46,509 bases of DNA from a virus (taxonomy: Duplodnaviria; Caudoviricetes). Numbering within the stretch: position 1 is the stretch's first letter; the number at the start of each line of letters is the position of its first letter. A program made the translations under genes and the position numbers. The stretch covers positions 1-46,509 of the IMG/VR virus record IMGVR_UViG_3300037991_007240. One strand, 5' to 3'. A model generated the notes under the pieces. The model searched no databases. It worked only from the letters and a program-made list of their open reading frames with translations, and was not told the DNA's origin. This document shows, in pieces, positions 16,570 through 27,069 of the stretch.

Positions 16570-17396
16570 CAGTAGAATCCCCCATCTATAAGTCCGGCAG
16601 TAAATGTTCCAGTAACATCAACATCTTGTTGGAATGTCGCTATTCCGGAAATTAATGCAGTATCTGCAACATTTAGAGTTGTAGATGTTACTAGACCAGA
16701 AAATCTAGCATCTCTCCACCTTTTACCAACTATACCTAAATCATAAAGTCCGTCATCATTTGGATTTAAATCAGATATAAATTCACCAGAAACATTAATA
16801 TCATCACCAGTAGAATCACCAATTCCAATTGTCCCACCTCTAAAGGTGGCATTACCTATGAAGGTAGATACTCCAGCAACTGTTAAATCTTTACCAACAA
16901 ATAAATTGCCACCAGTAGTAGTTATGCCACCTTCAGACGCCAGAGTAGCAATTCCGGTAATAGTAAGATTCTTTGCAACAAAATCACCATCTACCGTTAA
17001 TCTTTTAGTCCAAATACCATCTTGACCACTAAGAGTGACACCAACACCAACATAAACTAAATCATTATCACCATCAACAGTAACTGTTCCCGTTCCAAAT
17101 GTTGCTATTCCAGCGACACTTAAATTTCCACCTACACCAACACCACCAGAAACAACAAGTGCTCCAGTGGTTGCATTATATGATTCAGTTAAATCACTTA
17201 TTTTTATCTCATTATCAATGACACTTGTCATGATAAATTGTGAAGTAGGTTCATTCCATACTAGAACTAACCCATCAATTGCTTTATAGTCACTAATTAC
17301 ATCACTTAAATTCAGTAATTTGGAGACCGCAGAAGTTTGTTGAGATAATACTCTAACAGCATTCTGAGGTCCTACTCTTGCTTTTATAGTAGGCAT
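16569..17396 (-). CDS. Fibre-like virion structural protein, 275 aa
   Basis: Gly/Val/Thr beta-helix-type repeats (GALVVSGGVGVGGNLSVAGIATF, LTVAGVSTF) and a C-terminal IDGGFY motif. Confidence 0.7.
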   Translation of the reverse strand: MPTIKARVGPQNAVRVLSQQTSAVSKLLNLSDVISDYKAIDGLVLVWNEPTSQFIMTSVIDNEIKISDLTESYNATTGALVVSGGVGVGGNLSVAGIATFGTGTVTVDGDNDLVYVGVGVTLSGQDGIWTKRLTVDGDFVAKNLTITGIATLASEGGITTTGGNLFVGKDLTVAGVSTFIGNATFRGGTIGIGDSTGDDINVSGEFISDLNPNDDGLYDLGIVGKRWRDARFSGLVTSTTLNVADTALISGIATFQQDVDVTGTFTAGLIDGGFY

Positions 17397-17740
17397 TACT
17401 TAGTTACTCCTCCCCTAACTATAACCGATCCTTCAACTGCTTTTGAAGTGAGACCCGTTGCTGAAGTAGTTAATTTGACATCATAAACATATCTTCCGGG
17501 TTTTAATTGACTTGTAATTGAAGAACCCATACTGATCAAAAATTTGCCAGCCAATTCATCTACAAAAGCTCCAGTAAAATCATATGATGTTGAACTGGAA
17601 AAAGATTTTCTCAATTTTGCTTCAGGAATATCATAAGTTGATAGGTCTAAGGGTTCATCTGTAAGAGAATTTTCTAACTCAAATGTAGTCTCAAAATCAA
17701 ATCCCTGCTCAATAACAATATTTGATACATAAACTGCCAT
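17396..17740 (-). CDS. Small structural adaptor protein (BppU N-terminal-like), 114 aa
   Basis: IEQG.DF...F, PLDLS.Y and LKPGRYVYDV pattern typical of fibre-attachment modules. Coupled to the fibre gene. Confidence 0.65.
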   Translation of the reverse strand: MAVYVSNIVIEQGFDFETTFELENSLTDEPLDLSTYDIPEAKLRKSFSSSTSYDFTGAFVDELAGKFLISMGSSITSQLKPGRYVYDVKLTTSATGLTSKAVEGSVIVRGGVTK

Positions 17741-17766
17741 TATTCCGGGATCAATATACTTTTAAG

Positions 17767-17774
17767 TATTTATA
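17767..17774 (-). promoter_or_regulatory. Late promoter TATAAATA for the adaptor-fibre-g13-g16 unit
   Basis: Exact consensus in the 44-nt intergenic gap. Confidence 0.85.
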
Positions 17775-17784
17775 TGATGTTCAA

Positions 17785-17988
17785 TTACCCGACATTTTTA
17801 TTGACCAATTCTCTTAGTAATGATTTAATTTCATCAATATCACTTTTTATTTTGTCTAATTCCTGTTTTTTCATTTCACTATTCTCTATAGATTTGACAT
17901 ATCTATCATAAGCGGTGTTATCTGTGTTTATGATAGCACCGCTTTCTTCATCTCTATAAAGATTAGAGTGTCCTTCTACTTTAATCAT
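17785..17988 (-). CDS. Small coiled-coil hypothetical protein, 67 aa
   Basis: IKVEGHSNLYRD..SGAIIN followed by a heptad-patterned C-terminus. Coupled (ATGA) to the upstream giant gene. Confidence 0.8.
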   Translation of the reverse strand: MIKVEGHSNLYRDEESGAIINTDNTAYDRYVKSIENSEMKKQELDKIKSDIDEIKSLLRELVNKNVG

Positions 17989-20900
17989 CTTACTGCAAGT
18001 ACTCTAAGGTCGCGGATTCTTGGGGGTTCTGCCTGATTTGTTCCGGTCATTACAATCTTGATTCTAAATCCAGTAAACAGACCAAGATTATCTGCACTAT
18101 ATTCATAATCTAAAAATTCATCAGAAATACTGGAAGGAACCTTTTGATCTGAAAGACCGCTATTCTTAGAAGGATCTGTAACTTGAAGACCCGCACTTCC
18201 TAAAGTTAGGTTATTATAACCTGGGAATAATTCAAACTCTTCATCAACTTCACTAGAATCTGGTCTTATCAAACTGTAAAGAACTCTTATATCAGCAGAT
18301 TCATGTCTATATGCGGATAAAATGATTCTTAATGAAGTTGCTGGATTTGATAAAGAGATAATTCTACTATAATAAACAGCAGCATGTGGATCATCAACAA
18401 TTGAATTGATCTTACTATCAGTAGTATAGTCCGATATTGGTTGATTTAAACGACTGCTGAAGAATTCAGTAAATGCAGTATTCAAATTAAGAATAGGAGA
18501 AACATTTTTATTTGATGTATTGAAATTAATAGCCGTTGTGAATGATTTATTTCTAGGAAGACTTGTAAGATATTCGTCCTGATTAATCTCAGAACAAATT
18601 AGTCTTGGATCAGTTAAAGGATTGTATGTATTCAGTTGAATAGTCTGATATCCTTTATCCACAAATGATACTTGAGAATTTGATGCAACACTACTTCCCG
18701 ATACTGTTCTAACCCTGCCATTTACAAATGTTGATGAAGATGGTGTTTCAATATCATATGTGGGTCTTAGTCCAGTATATAAGATATTTTCGGTAGCATA
18801 TACATTATCACCGCCTCCACTATTATTTGAATTGAATGCTAATGAAGGATATGCATCATTAACATCCTTAAAGTCACCATTTCTCAACTTATTACCATTA
18901 TTACTACTCGTATCAATATCTAAGTAATATCCATCAATATCAATTGGTCCTTGAATGGAAGTTGTAATTCCATTAATTCTTCTTAAAGAAACTCCATTAA
19001 ATTCATATTTTTCTACTGTAGAACCTAATTCATGAGTTTCTGCCTTTGTTCCATCAACACCTCTTTCAGAAATACTAATGGTTGTTCCGTTAACATTATC
19101 ATATGATATAATTTCACTACCAATTTTGAGATATCCAGTATTGTTTGTACCAACAGAAAGACCTTCAAAAATATTAAAGTCTGAATCATTGGCACTTAAT
19201 TCTAATATAGAAGTTTCACTTGACTGTAAAGTTGCGTCTAATTTGGATGGAGAAACATCAGATGCTACATTATAAATCTTTACCATATTTGTATTTGAAT
19301 ACATTCCATGATCAAAATGTCTAACAAACAATTTCTTTCCAGTATTTAATTCTGAGAAATCTGTAATTTGTGTAGACCCCAAAGAAACAATATTATCCAA
19401 AGCTGAAGTATCGTAATAACTTACAGCGGCTCCAACAGGGAATGATGAATTGAATTGTCCCTGAACATTAGAAACATATAGTCTATTTGCACTACCAATT
19501 CCAGTTATTGAAATTTGTGCATTCTTTCCTGTTCCTGGAGTTGAGGTAGTAGTGAGTGCTGTTCCAACAATAGTTACAAGATCACCTTCCGCATATCCAA
19601 ATCCCGGAGAAGTTTCTGCAATACTTACATTTGTAATTGTTCCTAAACCAGAAGTTGAAACTTGAAGTACAAGACCCGTACCAAGTCCTACAAGATTTGT
19701 AGGAGCAATATTAAAGTTTGTAATACTTGGTATGTAATTTTGTCCTCCACTAACAGTATTAATTCCTGTTGCAGTTCCACCAACACCTGTAATAATTGCA
19801 GAACCACCATAGTCACCATATCCTGCAAGTCTTCTACCAACCGTGAGAATTCCTGCAGTTCCTTCATCAGAAATAGTTTGTATTCCAATCCAACCACTTC
19901 TTGGTGTGGCGCTAATTGGATTTATTGGCAGATTCTGGTTATAACCATTACTTTCATTTAATGGTGGATTGTAGAAATATGCAGTACCAGTAGTTTCAGT
20001 AAACTCTGCTTTATATAATTTAAACTTCAAATCTTGGAACTGATTTGTTGTCCAGATAGATCCATTTTGAGATTTGAATAGAGATCCAAGAGCAAATTGT
20101 TGTGTATAGATAACTGCATCTACATCAGGAAGAGTTGTTGTATTAACAGTCTTTTCCCCCATAACTGCAGTCCAAACTTCATATGCATCACTATTTTCCG
20201 AAATCAGAACAATTGCATATTCTCTACCTGGTGCCAAGAAAATTGGTTCTGGGAATTTAACATTGGTAGGAATATCTCCCGTTGGAGATGTTTTGATTAT
20301 TTGTACCTCATTACCATTTTCATCAATTTCTATAGGTCTAATAGTAACAGATGGTCCTATTACCTGTAAAGTTGGTGTTCCCAACTCCATGGTTCTTACT
20401 TCAACCTTTACTGGTGCATTTCCTTCATCAATATTCGCAAAGAAAAGATCTACAGAAGTTAAGAATACACCATTAGCATCTTCTTCGGTATCAATATTAG
20501 ATTTTACCTGAACATTTCCACCAACAGTAAAGCTTTGTGCTAAAGGATCAAAGAATTGTGTAAAGTTGTTTGTTCTAGTTCTGGTAGTTGTTCTAGTTAC
20601 GGTAGTAATTCTACGTCTAACTGTAGTTACTGTAACTACTCTCTGCCAAACTTCTAAGGTTCCTGTTGAATTGTATGATGCTTCTCCGAAAGAAATTGCA
20701 GTACTTCCCGGAAGAACCTCAGCATTTGATTTACTTGAAGATAATCTATAAGTTTTATTACCTGTTCTAATTCTAACTGATGGGAATGGTTCTCTATTTG
20801 GATCTTTAAGGAAAAATGCTCCTATTAAATCTCCATAATTATCACTTACAAGACGAACATCTTTTACATATGCTTCAGCACCGCTAGTTTGTCCCTTCAG

Positions 20901-23900
20901 TTTCATTCCCGCAACAGCATAACCATAGTAGTCACCTTGAGCTTGCTGAGACATTGAGAATGTATCAACATTCAAAATTTTGGAACTTGAGGAATAGAAA
21001 TTATCAGTAAATTGTCCAGATTGATATGGATTTGCATTAAAGAATGTTTCTGGAGCAGCAAAAGGACCAGACTTATGTCTTGGATGTGCTAATCTAAATT
21101 TAGTAACTTCTCTACCATCAATTGTTCCAATAACAGTTTCTCCAATACTAAATCCAGCACTTGCTCCAGAAAGTTTAAGTCCTGAGTCGGAAGAAATTTC
21201 CAACATTTTTGGCATGAAATCAACGCCACTTGTACTATCTAAGAATTGATAATATCTTGTTCTTGGTTTTAAATTGGTTGCATTAACATTTACATTACGA
21301 GATCTCATAAAGACCTCGGCACTCCTAGATCGTAAAACATTTGATACCGATGTACTAGTAGAAGTAACTACCCTTGTAGAACTACGTGTGGTGGTTCTAC
21401 TACTAACAGAAGATCCTGTAGCAACTGTTTGTCCTCTTCTGCCCCAGTTTGCAACTCTTCTGACATTTGTGGCAGTTCTATTTTGAGTTCTATTTTGCGT
21501 ATTAGTGGATGATGTATTAACTGTATTTGCCTGATTCAGTGTTGCCATCCAGGTTTGTCTTACCCAAGTATCAACATTTGGTGTCAGTTCAATTGTACCG
21601 ACATATAATACAACATTAAATGGGTTGATATTTTCAACTTGAGTTGCTAATGGTTGCTCTAACCAATCAACTTCTTTATATGCTAAGGTAAGAGAATTTC
21701 CTGTTTTTTGAATTGCTGGATCTAATAATTGGAAATTTGAAGAAAGATCCAAGTTTTGTGGAGTTACATTTGTTGAAGATGCTACTAAAGATTCTAAAGT
21801 ATTCCTAGTAACTATAGGTGAAAGTTCTTCAACAGATCCATCAACGGTAACTGAACTTAAGTTAATATCAATTCTATCAAGATTTCTGAAATTATCTACA
21901 AAGAATCCAGATTTAAATCTATCTCTACCTTCACTATCAGTAACTTGAATTGTCTTAGTATCCAATTCTAACAAAGAAAGAGATGTTGTTTCTTCTAGAT
22001 TTTCAATCCTTCCTTCAAGTTCTCCAATATCTCTCATAGTATATCTTCTATTATCAACATATGTAATAGAAGCATCACTAGTATTATACAAATACGCTGG
22101 TAACTCTAAAGTTGCCAACTCCATAAATTCTCCCAATTTTTGGGGTGGTTGTGGATTTATTTCAGATTTGCCTTTATCAACTACAAAGTTTCCTAGAGTG
22201 TCAACATAAATTCTATCAATTCTTGGGAGATAGTAATCATACGACAACGTGGAAACTTCATTAGGTGCTAAAATTGAAGTTAATGTGGTATTAAATGCAG
22301 ATGTCCTTGCGGTAAAATCAAATGGAGACTTGTCTGCAGTCGATACATCAAATGTGGATACTCTTGGTCTGAAATCTAATGTATCAGATGCTCTTATGTT
22401 ATAAATTCCAATATCTGGAACATCTTCAGAGAATCTATCATCATCATAACTTGCTACGGTAAATAAATCTCCGGAAGATTGGGAATCGACTTCATATTTG
22501 TCAATAACAACTAATAATTTTCTCGTTGGTTCTGAACTTCCTGCCTTTCTAACCAATTTTGAATAATCATAATATTGATCTCTTTGACCTTTATCTAAAA
22601 TAAAAGAACTTGTGATATTTTTATATGAACCATTTGTAACATTTTCTAATGTAGTGATTATATTCGACTCTTCAAAAGTTACATTTTCACCGATAGAAAA
22701 TCTTTCTGTGGTAAGATAAACAATATCTAAAGTATTTCCAACACCATTATCTCTCACTACAAGTCTTGCTACAGCACCATTAGATCCAAAAATATTTTCT
22801 CCAACTACAGCATTCGAATCTACATTACTTGTAGAAGTACACTCAATTCTATCAAATGACGGAGAATTCTTATTTAAAGATTCATAAACCGCCAAAACTT
22901 TAGATACGTCTGGAGCATTTAAAGAAATTTGATCATCCTGAACCCTTAATCCATACCACTTATTATAAGTAAGTCCATCATTAGTAGATTCGGAGGGATC
23001 TGATCCAGATTGCTGATATTTGGAATAATTAATATTAACAATAGAAGATCTAACAAAATTCTTTGTTTTTGATACTATTTTATTTTTTTCTATAGTAAGA
23101 TTAAGAATAGTGTCACCATTAGATATTGAAGGATCTAATTTTCTAATTTGAATATCTGATTGATTTACTGAAAATGCATCATCGGATAAAGATGCTATAG
23201 TGCCATCATTATAGAATACTGCATAATTTTCTTGATCAAATCCAACAAAAGATGAATTTGTTGGATTTAAATTTAAATCAGTATTACTTCCAGATAAATT
23301 TGTATTACTGACAGAAAGAACGTTTGTAGCATCATCGACATTTAAATTATCAATTTGACCTACAATTCTGAGTTTTGAGTTTAAGAAATCAACTTCAGAT
23401 ACATTTTCATCAAATAATGGAATATATAAAACTCCACTTCCTCTTGTATCAAGTTTTGCAATTGATATTGGAGTAGTGATATTATTCGCATCAAGTCCAC
23501 CATCAAATACATTAGATACAGTAGAAATTCCAGTAATTGTGAATGAAGTTAATGTAGCATCAACATCTGTTACCACACTAAATGTTTCTGACGAAATTCC
23601 AGATCTTTGATATCTGATAACATCATCTATTTTAATATCATTAAAAGGTCTTCCTCCAGCAGTAACTGTAGAAGATCCTGCAGTTGGTGCAGATATATTA
23701 ACTTGTGCAATTCCACCTTGAAGAATCTCTCTATCTAAAATAAAATCTGCTGTGAAATTTGATCCACTATTAGCAAATCCTTGAGTTGAGTTATCTTGTT
23801 TAATTGACTTTATATCTTGAATACCATAAACCCAAGTCTGAACTACTGTTTTTGATATATCAATTCCATTTTGGATAAGTGGTTCTCCAACAACAAAAGT

Positions 23901-25427
23901 TCCTGATGTTTGTCTCAGTCTAAATCTATTATCTGTACTATCTGCAACTACAAATCCACTAGCTCCGCTATATTTTCCTCTTATATGATCCCCAGCACTT
24001 AAGTTATAATCACTATTAATTTCTAATATTGTATATGTTTGAATATCAAATAGTCTCAAATCCCAAGATGTAGACTCATTTGTATATGGAGCATCTGTTA
24101 AGTTAAATGAATATACTCTTGCAGTTCCTACTCCATAATCTCCAGAACCATCTTCTTGTGTTGGACCAGATTGTCCAACTCCAGCATATAATGTAACTGT
24201 TTTTCTTAGTTGGGGTGTAGAAGTTGCATTATTAACTCTGAATAAACTTCCAACTTCTAACGATACTGAAGATGTATTAGTTTCAGTATCTCTTGGTTTT
24301 TCAACATCTATAACTTCATTAATAACCTCAATATCATATCCTCTTGCATATACTTTACCATTTTCAATCTTTAAACATGCCAATTCTTCGGAGGGAGTAT
24401 TTCCTTGTTTTGTAGTTTCTCCTCCAAAGAAAGCACCATTATTACCCAATCTATCATTTAAAGATTCTTGAAGGGTAATTTCAAAAGGATCTACGGCATA
24501 ACTCCCAGACTCTTCAAAAGTTCTTTGTGCCAGATAGTCTCTTATATTACTATATTGAGTTTTATTAGTTACTTTTTGAATCTTACCTTCTTTTACTCTA
24601 AGAAGTTCAACAAAGTTTGTATCTTTATTGTCAGTTAATGGTTTCTTTGATAATGTTAAAGATATCTTTAACCTATCTGCACCTGGAGATGCATAGTTGG
24701 TAAATCCTTTTGCATTATCATATAATGTATCATCATCTTTAGATGAGATTAAGGATTCTGTTATTGTTAATCCTATTCTATATGAAGGTGTATTATTATA
24801 ATAATCTAAAATTATAGTTTGTCTAGAGACCTCAACAAAATAACCTCTAATAAAATAAACACCAGCATCGATTGATGCACTGGATCCAATAGAAGTTGAA
24901 TCTACATCTATGAGTGTAGCAAAAGTAGATCCTGAATTAATTGTTGTATTACCATATACAATATTTTCTGTGCATGATAAGGTTTCCCCATCATTAAATG
25001 GATTGAAAATGAATGTATTATCGGAGGAAATATATTTTACATATAATGTTATGTTGTCTACTTCAGAACTCTCACTTGGGAAAACTACATTTACAACTTT
25101 TGCTGTAGTACCAGAAGTTTGTCCCGTTATTGTTTTTCCAACTAATTTATCAATATAAAAACTTAAATCTACACCGAATTGAGTAGTATTCAGTTTTACT
25201 GAGTAATATTGATCGTCAAAAGTGGTGTTCCCAGGAACCACCATCGATCCTTCTTTAAAAATATGACTTGCAAAGTCTTCTACTTGATTTTGTAAAATGG
25301 ATTGTAGAGAAGTTAACTCTCTACTCTGAACTGGAAAACCGGGTTTAAATAAAACCTTTAAGAAATTTTTTGATGAATCAAAATCATCATAGTATGGACT
25401 TACATTTAGATTTGTTTTTTGAGCCAT
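17985..25427 (-). CDS. Large virion structural protein, DUF4815/VrlC-like (2480 aa)
   Basis: N-terminus NLNVSPYYDDFD..KNF.KVLFKPG.PVQSRELT.LQSILQNQ, plus APGADRLKI, RRYTMRDIG.LE.RIENLE, FKSGFFVDNF and DPLAQSF. Follows g8. Confidence 0.88.
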   Translation of the reverse strand: MAQKTNLNVSPYYDDFDSSKNFLKVLFKPGFPVQSRELTSLQSILQNQVEDFASHIFKEGSMVVPGNTTFDDQYYSVKLNTTQFGVDLSFYIDKLVGKTITGQTSGTTAKVVNVVFPSESSEVDNITLYVKYISSDNTFIFNPFNDGETLSCTENIVYGNTTINSGSTFATLIDVDSTSIGSSASIDAGVYFIRGYFVEVSRQTIILDYYNNTPSYRIGLTITESLISSKDDDTLYDNAKGFTNYASPGADRLKISLTLSKKPLTDNKDTNFVELLRVKEGKIQKVTNKTQYSNIRDYLAQRTFEESGSYAVDPFEITLQESLNDRLGNNGAFFGGETTKQGNTPSEELACLKIENGKVYARGYDIEVINEVIDVEKPRDTETNTSSVSLEVGSLFRVNNATSTPQLRKTVTLYAGVGQSGPTQEDGSGDYGVGTARVYSFNLTDAPYTNESTSWDLRLFDIQTYTILEINSDYNLSAGDHIRGKYSGASGFVVADSTDNRFRLRQTSGTFVVGEPLIQNGIDISKTVVQTWVYGIQDIKSIKQDNSTQGFANSGSNFTADFILDREILQGGIAQVNISAPTAGSSTVTAGGRPFNDIKIDDVIRYQRSGISSETFSVVTDVDATLTSFTITGISTVSNVFDGGLDANNITTPISIAKLDTRGSGVLYIPLFDENVSEVDFLNSKLRIVGQIDNLNVDDATNVLSVSNTNLSGSNTDLNLNPTNSSFVGFDQENYAVFYNDGTIASLSDDAFSVNQSDIQIRKLDPSISNGDTILNLTIEKNKIVSKTKNFVRSSIVNINYSKYQQSGSDPSESTNDGLTYNKWYGLRVQDDQISLNAPDVSKVLAVYESLNKNSPSFDRIECTSTSNVDSNAVVGENIFGSNGAVARLVVRDNGVGNTLDIVYLTTERFSIGENVTFEESNIITTLENVTNGSYKNITSSFILDKGQRDQYYDYSKLVRKAGSSEPTRKLLVVIDKYEVDSQSSGDLFTVASYDDDRFSEDVPDIGIYNIRASDTLDFRPRVSTFDVSTADKSPFDFTARTSAFNTTLTSILAPNEVSTLSYDYYLPRIDRIYVDTLGNFVVDKGKSEINPQPPQKLGEFMELATLELPAYLYNTSDASITYVDNRRYTMRDIGELEGRIENLEETTSLSLLELDTKTIQVTDSEGRDRFKSGFFVDNFRNLDRIDINLSSVTVDGSVEELSPIVTRNTLESLVASSTNVTPQNLDLSSNFQLLDPAIQKTGNSLTLAYKEVDWLEQPLATQVENINPFNVVLYVGTIELTPNVDTWVRQTWMATLNQANTVNTSSTNTQNRTQNRTATNVRRVANWGRRGQTVATGSSVSSRTTTRSSTRVVTSTSTSVSNVLRSRSAEVFMRSRNVNVNATNLKPRTRYYQFLDSTSGVDFMPKMLEISSDSGLKLSGASAGFSIGETVIGTIDGREVTKFRLAHPRHKSGPFAAPETFFNANPYQSGQFTDNFYSSSSKILNVDTFSMSQQAQGDYYGYAVAGMKLKGQTSGAEAYVKDVRLVSDNYGDLIGAFFLKDPNREPFPSVRIRTGNKTYRLSSSKSNAEVLPGSTAISFGEASYNSTGTLEVWQRVVTVTTVRRRITTVTRTTTRTRTNNFTQFFDPLAQSFTVGGNVQVKSNIDTEEDANGVFLTSVDLFFANIDEGNAPVKVEVRTMELGTPTLQVIGPSVTIRPIEIDENGNEVQIIKTSPTGDIPTNVKFPEPIFLAPGREYAIVLISENSDAYEVWTAVMGEKTVNTTTLPDVDAVIYTQQFALGSLFKSQNGSIWTTNQFQDLKFKLYKAEFTETTGTAYFYNPPLNESNGYNQNLPINPISATPRSGWIGIQTISDEGTAGILTVGRRLAGYGDYGGSAIITGVGGTATGINTVSGGQNYIPSITNFNIAPTNLVGLGTGLVLQVSTSGLGTITNVSIAETSPGFGYAEGDLVTIVGTALTTTSTPGTGKNAQISITGIGSANRLYVSNVQGQFNSSFPVGAAVSYYDTSALDNIVSLGSTQITDFSELNTGKKLFVRHFDHGMYSNTNMVKIYNVASDVSPSKLDATLQSSETSILELSANDSDFNIFEGLSVGTNNTGYLKIGSEIISYDNVNGTTISISERGVDGTKAETHELGSTVEKYEFNGVSLRRINGITTSIQGPIDIDGYYLDIDTSSNNGNKLRNGDFKDVNDAYPSLAFNSNNSGGGDNVYATENILYTGLRPTYDIETPSSSTFVNGRVRTVSGSSVASNSQVSFVDKGYQTIQLNTYNPLTDPRLICSEINQDEYLTSLPRNKSFTTAINFNTSNKNVSPILNLNTAFTEFFSSRLNQPISDYTTDSKINSIVDDPHAAVYYSRIISLSNPATSLRIILSAYRHESADIRVLYSLIRPDSSEVDEEFELFPGYNNLTLGSAGLQVTDPSKNSGLSDQKVPSSISDEFLDYEYSADNLGLFTGFRIKIVMTGTNQAEPPRIRDLRVLAVR

Positions 25428-25430
25428 TTC

Positions 25431-27011
25431 TTAGAATTCCAGAATAATTTTAACGTCCTCTTTTTGTCTAATGCTTCTTGACACAATAGACCTGTTATCG
25501 ATGTAGATAATATCTCCAGTACTTTTATTTATCTCAGGTTGAGCAAGTCCTGCAGTAAAAGTTACTCCCAAACCAACAATACCAGTAGCGTTGTCTAAGT
25601 TAAGAGTACTACCATTAAAATTCTGATCAACTGACCCTTCAAATCCAGAACTAGAGTTAATAGAGTTTCCAGATGATTCAAAACTTAGTACTTGACCTCT
25701 CTGTGATATTGTACTATCATCCATAGTATTGATAAAATCTGTCAAATATAGAGATCTATCTTGATAGTATTTTAATACATTAGTTTCTTGATCATATGCT
25801 GCAATAATTCCTTGTGCAATAGAATTATCCGCTTTGGTTTGTACTATTCTTTCTCCAATAGTTGGTAAAGTTTCTGGAACTGTATCCAATTTAATAGAAT
25901 TTAATCCACTAAATGTATTTCCTGCGAGTGTGAATCCGGAACTATGTTGCTCTGGATTTTTAATAATTCCAACCTGAGCAAATCTGGTATTTGCAGAAAA
26001 TTCTTTAGTAGAAGTATCAAATCTAGTATAAATCAATACTTTGTCTGCACCAAGTTCTGTGTATATATCATACCCATGACCTCTTGATGGTGGTATAATA
26101 GGAATTAATTTTGCCCTTTTATTTACATCAATACCCGATGGAGATTTTAAATCTACAATTCCGAAAGTATATCCACTTCCGCCATTAATGACTCTAGTCC
26201 TAACAATTTCTCCGGAAGTGTTTGCGGTAATTTGAACTTCTGCACCTGTACCATCACCTAAAATTGGATATGTTCCACTTTCATAAAATTCACTGCCACT
26301 ATTTTCAATATATACAACTTTAATCTGATTATTACTTGCAGATGAATTTCCAGACTCTCTAACAGATTTTATTTCAAAATCAGTACTGGTATCCCAATTA
26401 TTTGGAAGAATAATATACTCTGTAGAGTCAAATTTTATAATGTCTGAAGGAGCGATAGTGAATAGATATTTCCAAATATATCCATCATTACTATCTCCAG
26501 CTGCAGATGGTTCTAAATCAGTAAAAGTTGGTTCATCTTGAGATGGTTCGCCGGTTGTGTTATTGCCACTAGATCCATTATACAAGCAGATATAAACTCT
26601 ATAATCTTTATTTACAACATAAAAATTTGAATCATACAATCTTGCAGTGCTAGAATTTGGAGTCTTATTGTAAATATCATAATCATGCCTATACATATCA
26701 TATTTTGTATTTGCAGTCCACTCAACTTTTTTTACAACTCTCCTTACATTTGACTGTGTTACCTTCTTTCCAAATAAAATTGTATCCCTATAGTGAGAGA
26801 GATATGATTGATTATCTATAGGTGGTGGTGGTATTGAACCTCCAGCAGTATCTGGGTTCCAGGTAGTCGTCCTACCGAAACCTACAGTATCTCCATCAAC
26901 ATCATAAGGATTTGCAAGTCCTAGAAAAACATAATAAGAGTTATTATCTATAGAATCTATGAATGTTGTGGCATTCTGAACTCTAAATTGATCTGTTACT
27001 ATGGCTGCCAT
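25431..27011 (-). CDS. g8: Baseplate wedge subunit gp8
   Basis: MAAIVTDQFR, YDMYRHDY, FYVVN.DYRVYICL.N, DGYIWKYLFTI and GDIIYIDNR....R...QKEDVKIILEF. Confidence 0.92.
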   Translation of the reverse strand: MAAIVTDQFRVQNATTFIDSIDNNSYYVFLGLANPYDVDGDTVGFGRTTTWNPDTAGGSIPPPPIDNQSYLSHYRDTILFGKKVTQSNVRRVVKKVEWTANTKYDMYRHDYDIYNKTPNSSTARLYDSNFYVVNKDYRVYICLYNGSSGNNTTGEPSQDEPTFTDLEPSAAGDSNDGYIWKYLFTIAPSDIIKFDSTEYIILPNNWDTSTDFEIKSVRESGNSSASNNQIKVVYIENSGSEFYESGTYPILGDGTGAEVQITANTSGEIVRTRVINGGSGYTFGIVDLKSPSGIDVNKRAKLIPIIPPSRGHGYDIYTELGADKVLIYTRFDTSTKEFSANTRFAQVGIIKNPEQHSSGFTLAGNTFSGLNSIKLDTVPETLPTIGERIVQTKADNSIAQGIIAAYDQETNVLKYYQDRSLYLTDFINTMDDSTISQRGQVLSFESSGNSINSSSGFEGSVDQNFNGSTLNLDNATGIVGLGVTFTAGLAQPEINKSTGDIIYIDNRSIVSRSIRQKEDVKIILEF

Positions 27012-27030
27012 ATTACATCAGTTTTTTAGG

Positions 27031-27038
27031 TATTTATG
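27031..27038 (-). promoter_or_regulatory. Late promoter CATAAATA for g8
   Basis: In the g7-g8 gap, 19 nt upstream of the g8 ATG. Confidence 0.7.
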
Positions 27039-27069
27039 GAAGTTTGTATACTCTTTTTTGAGTATTATA

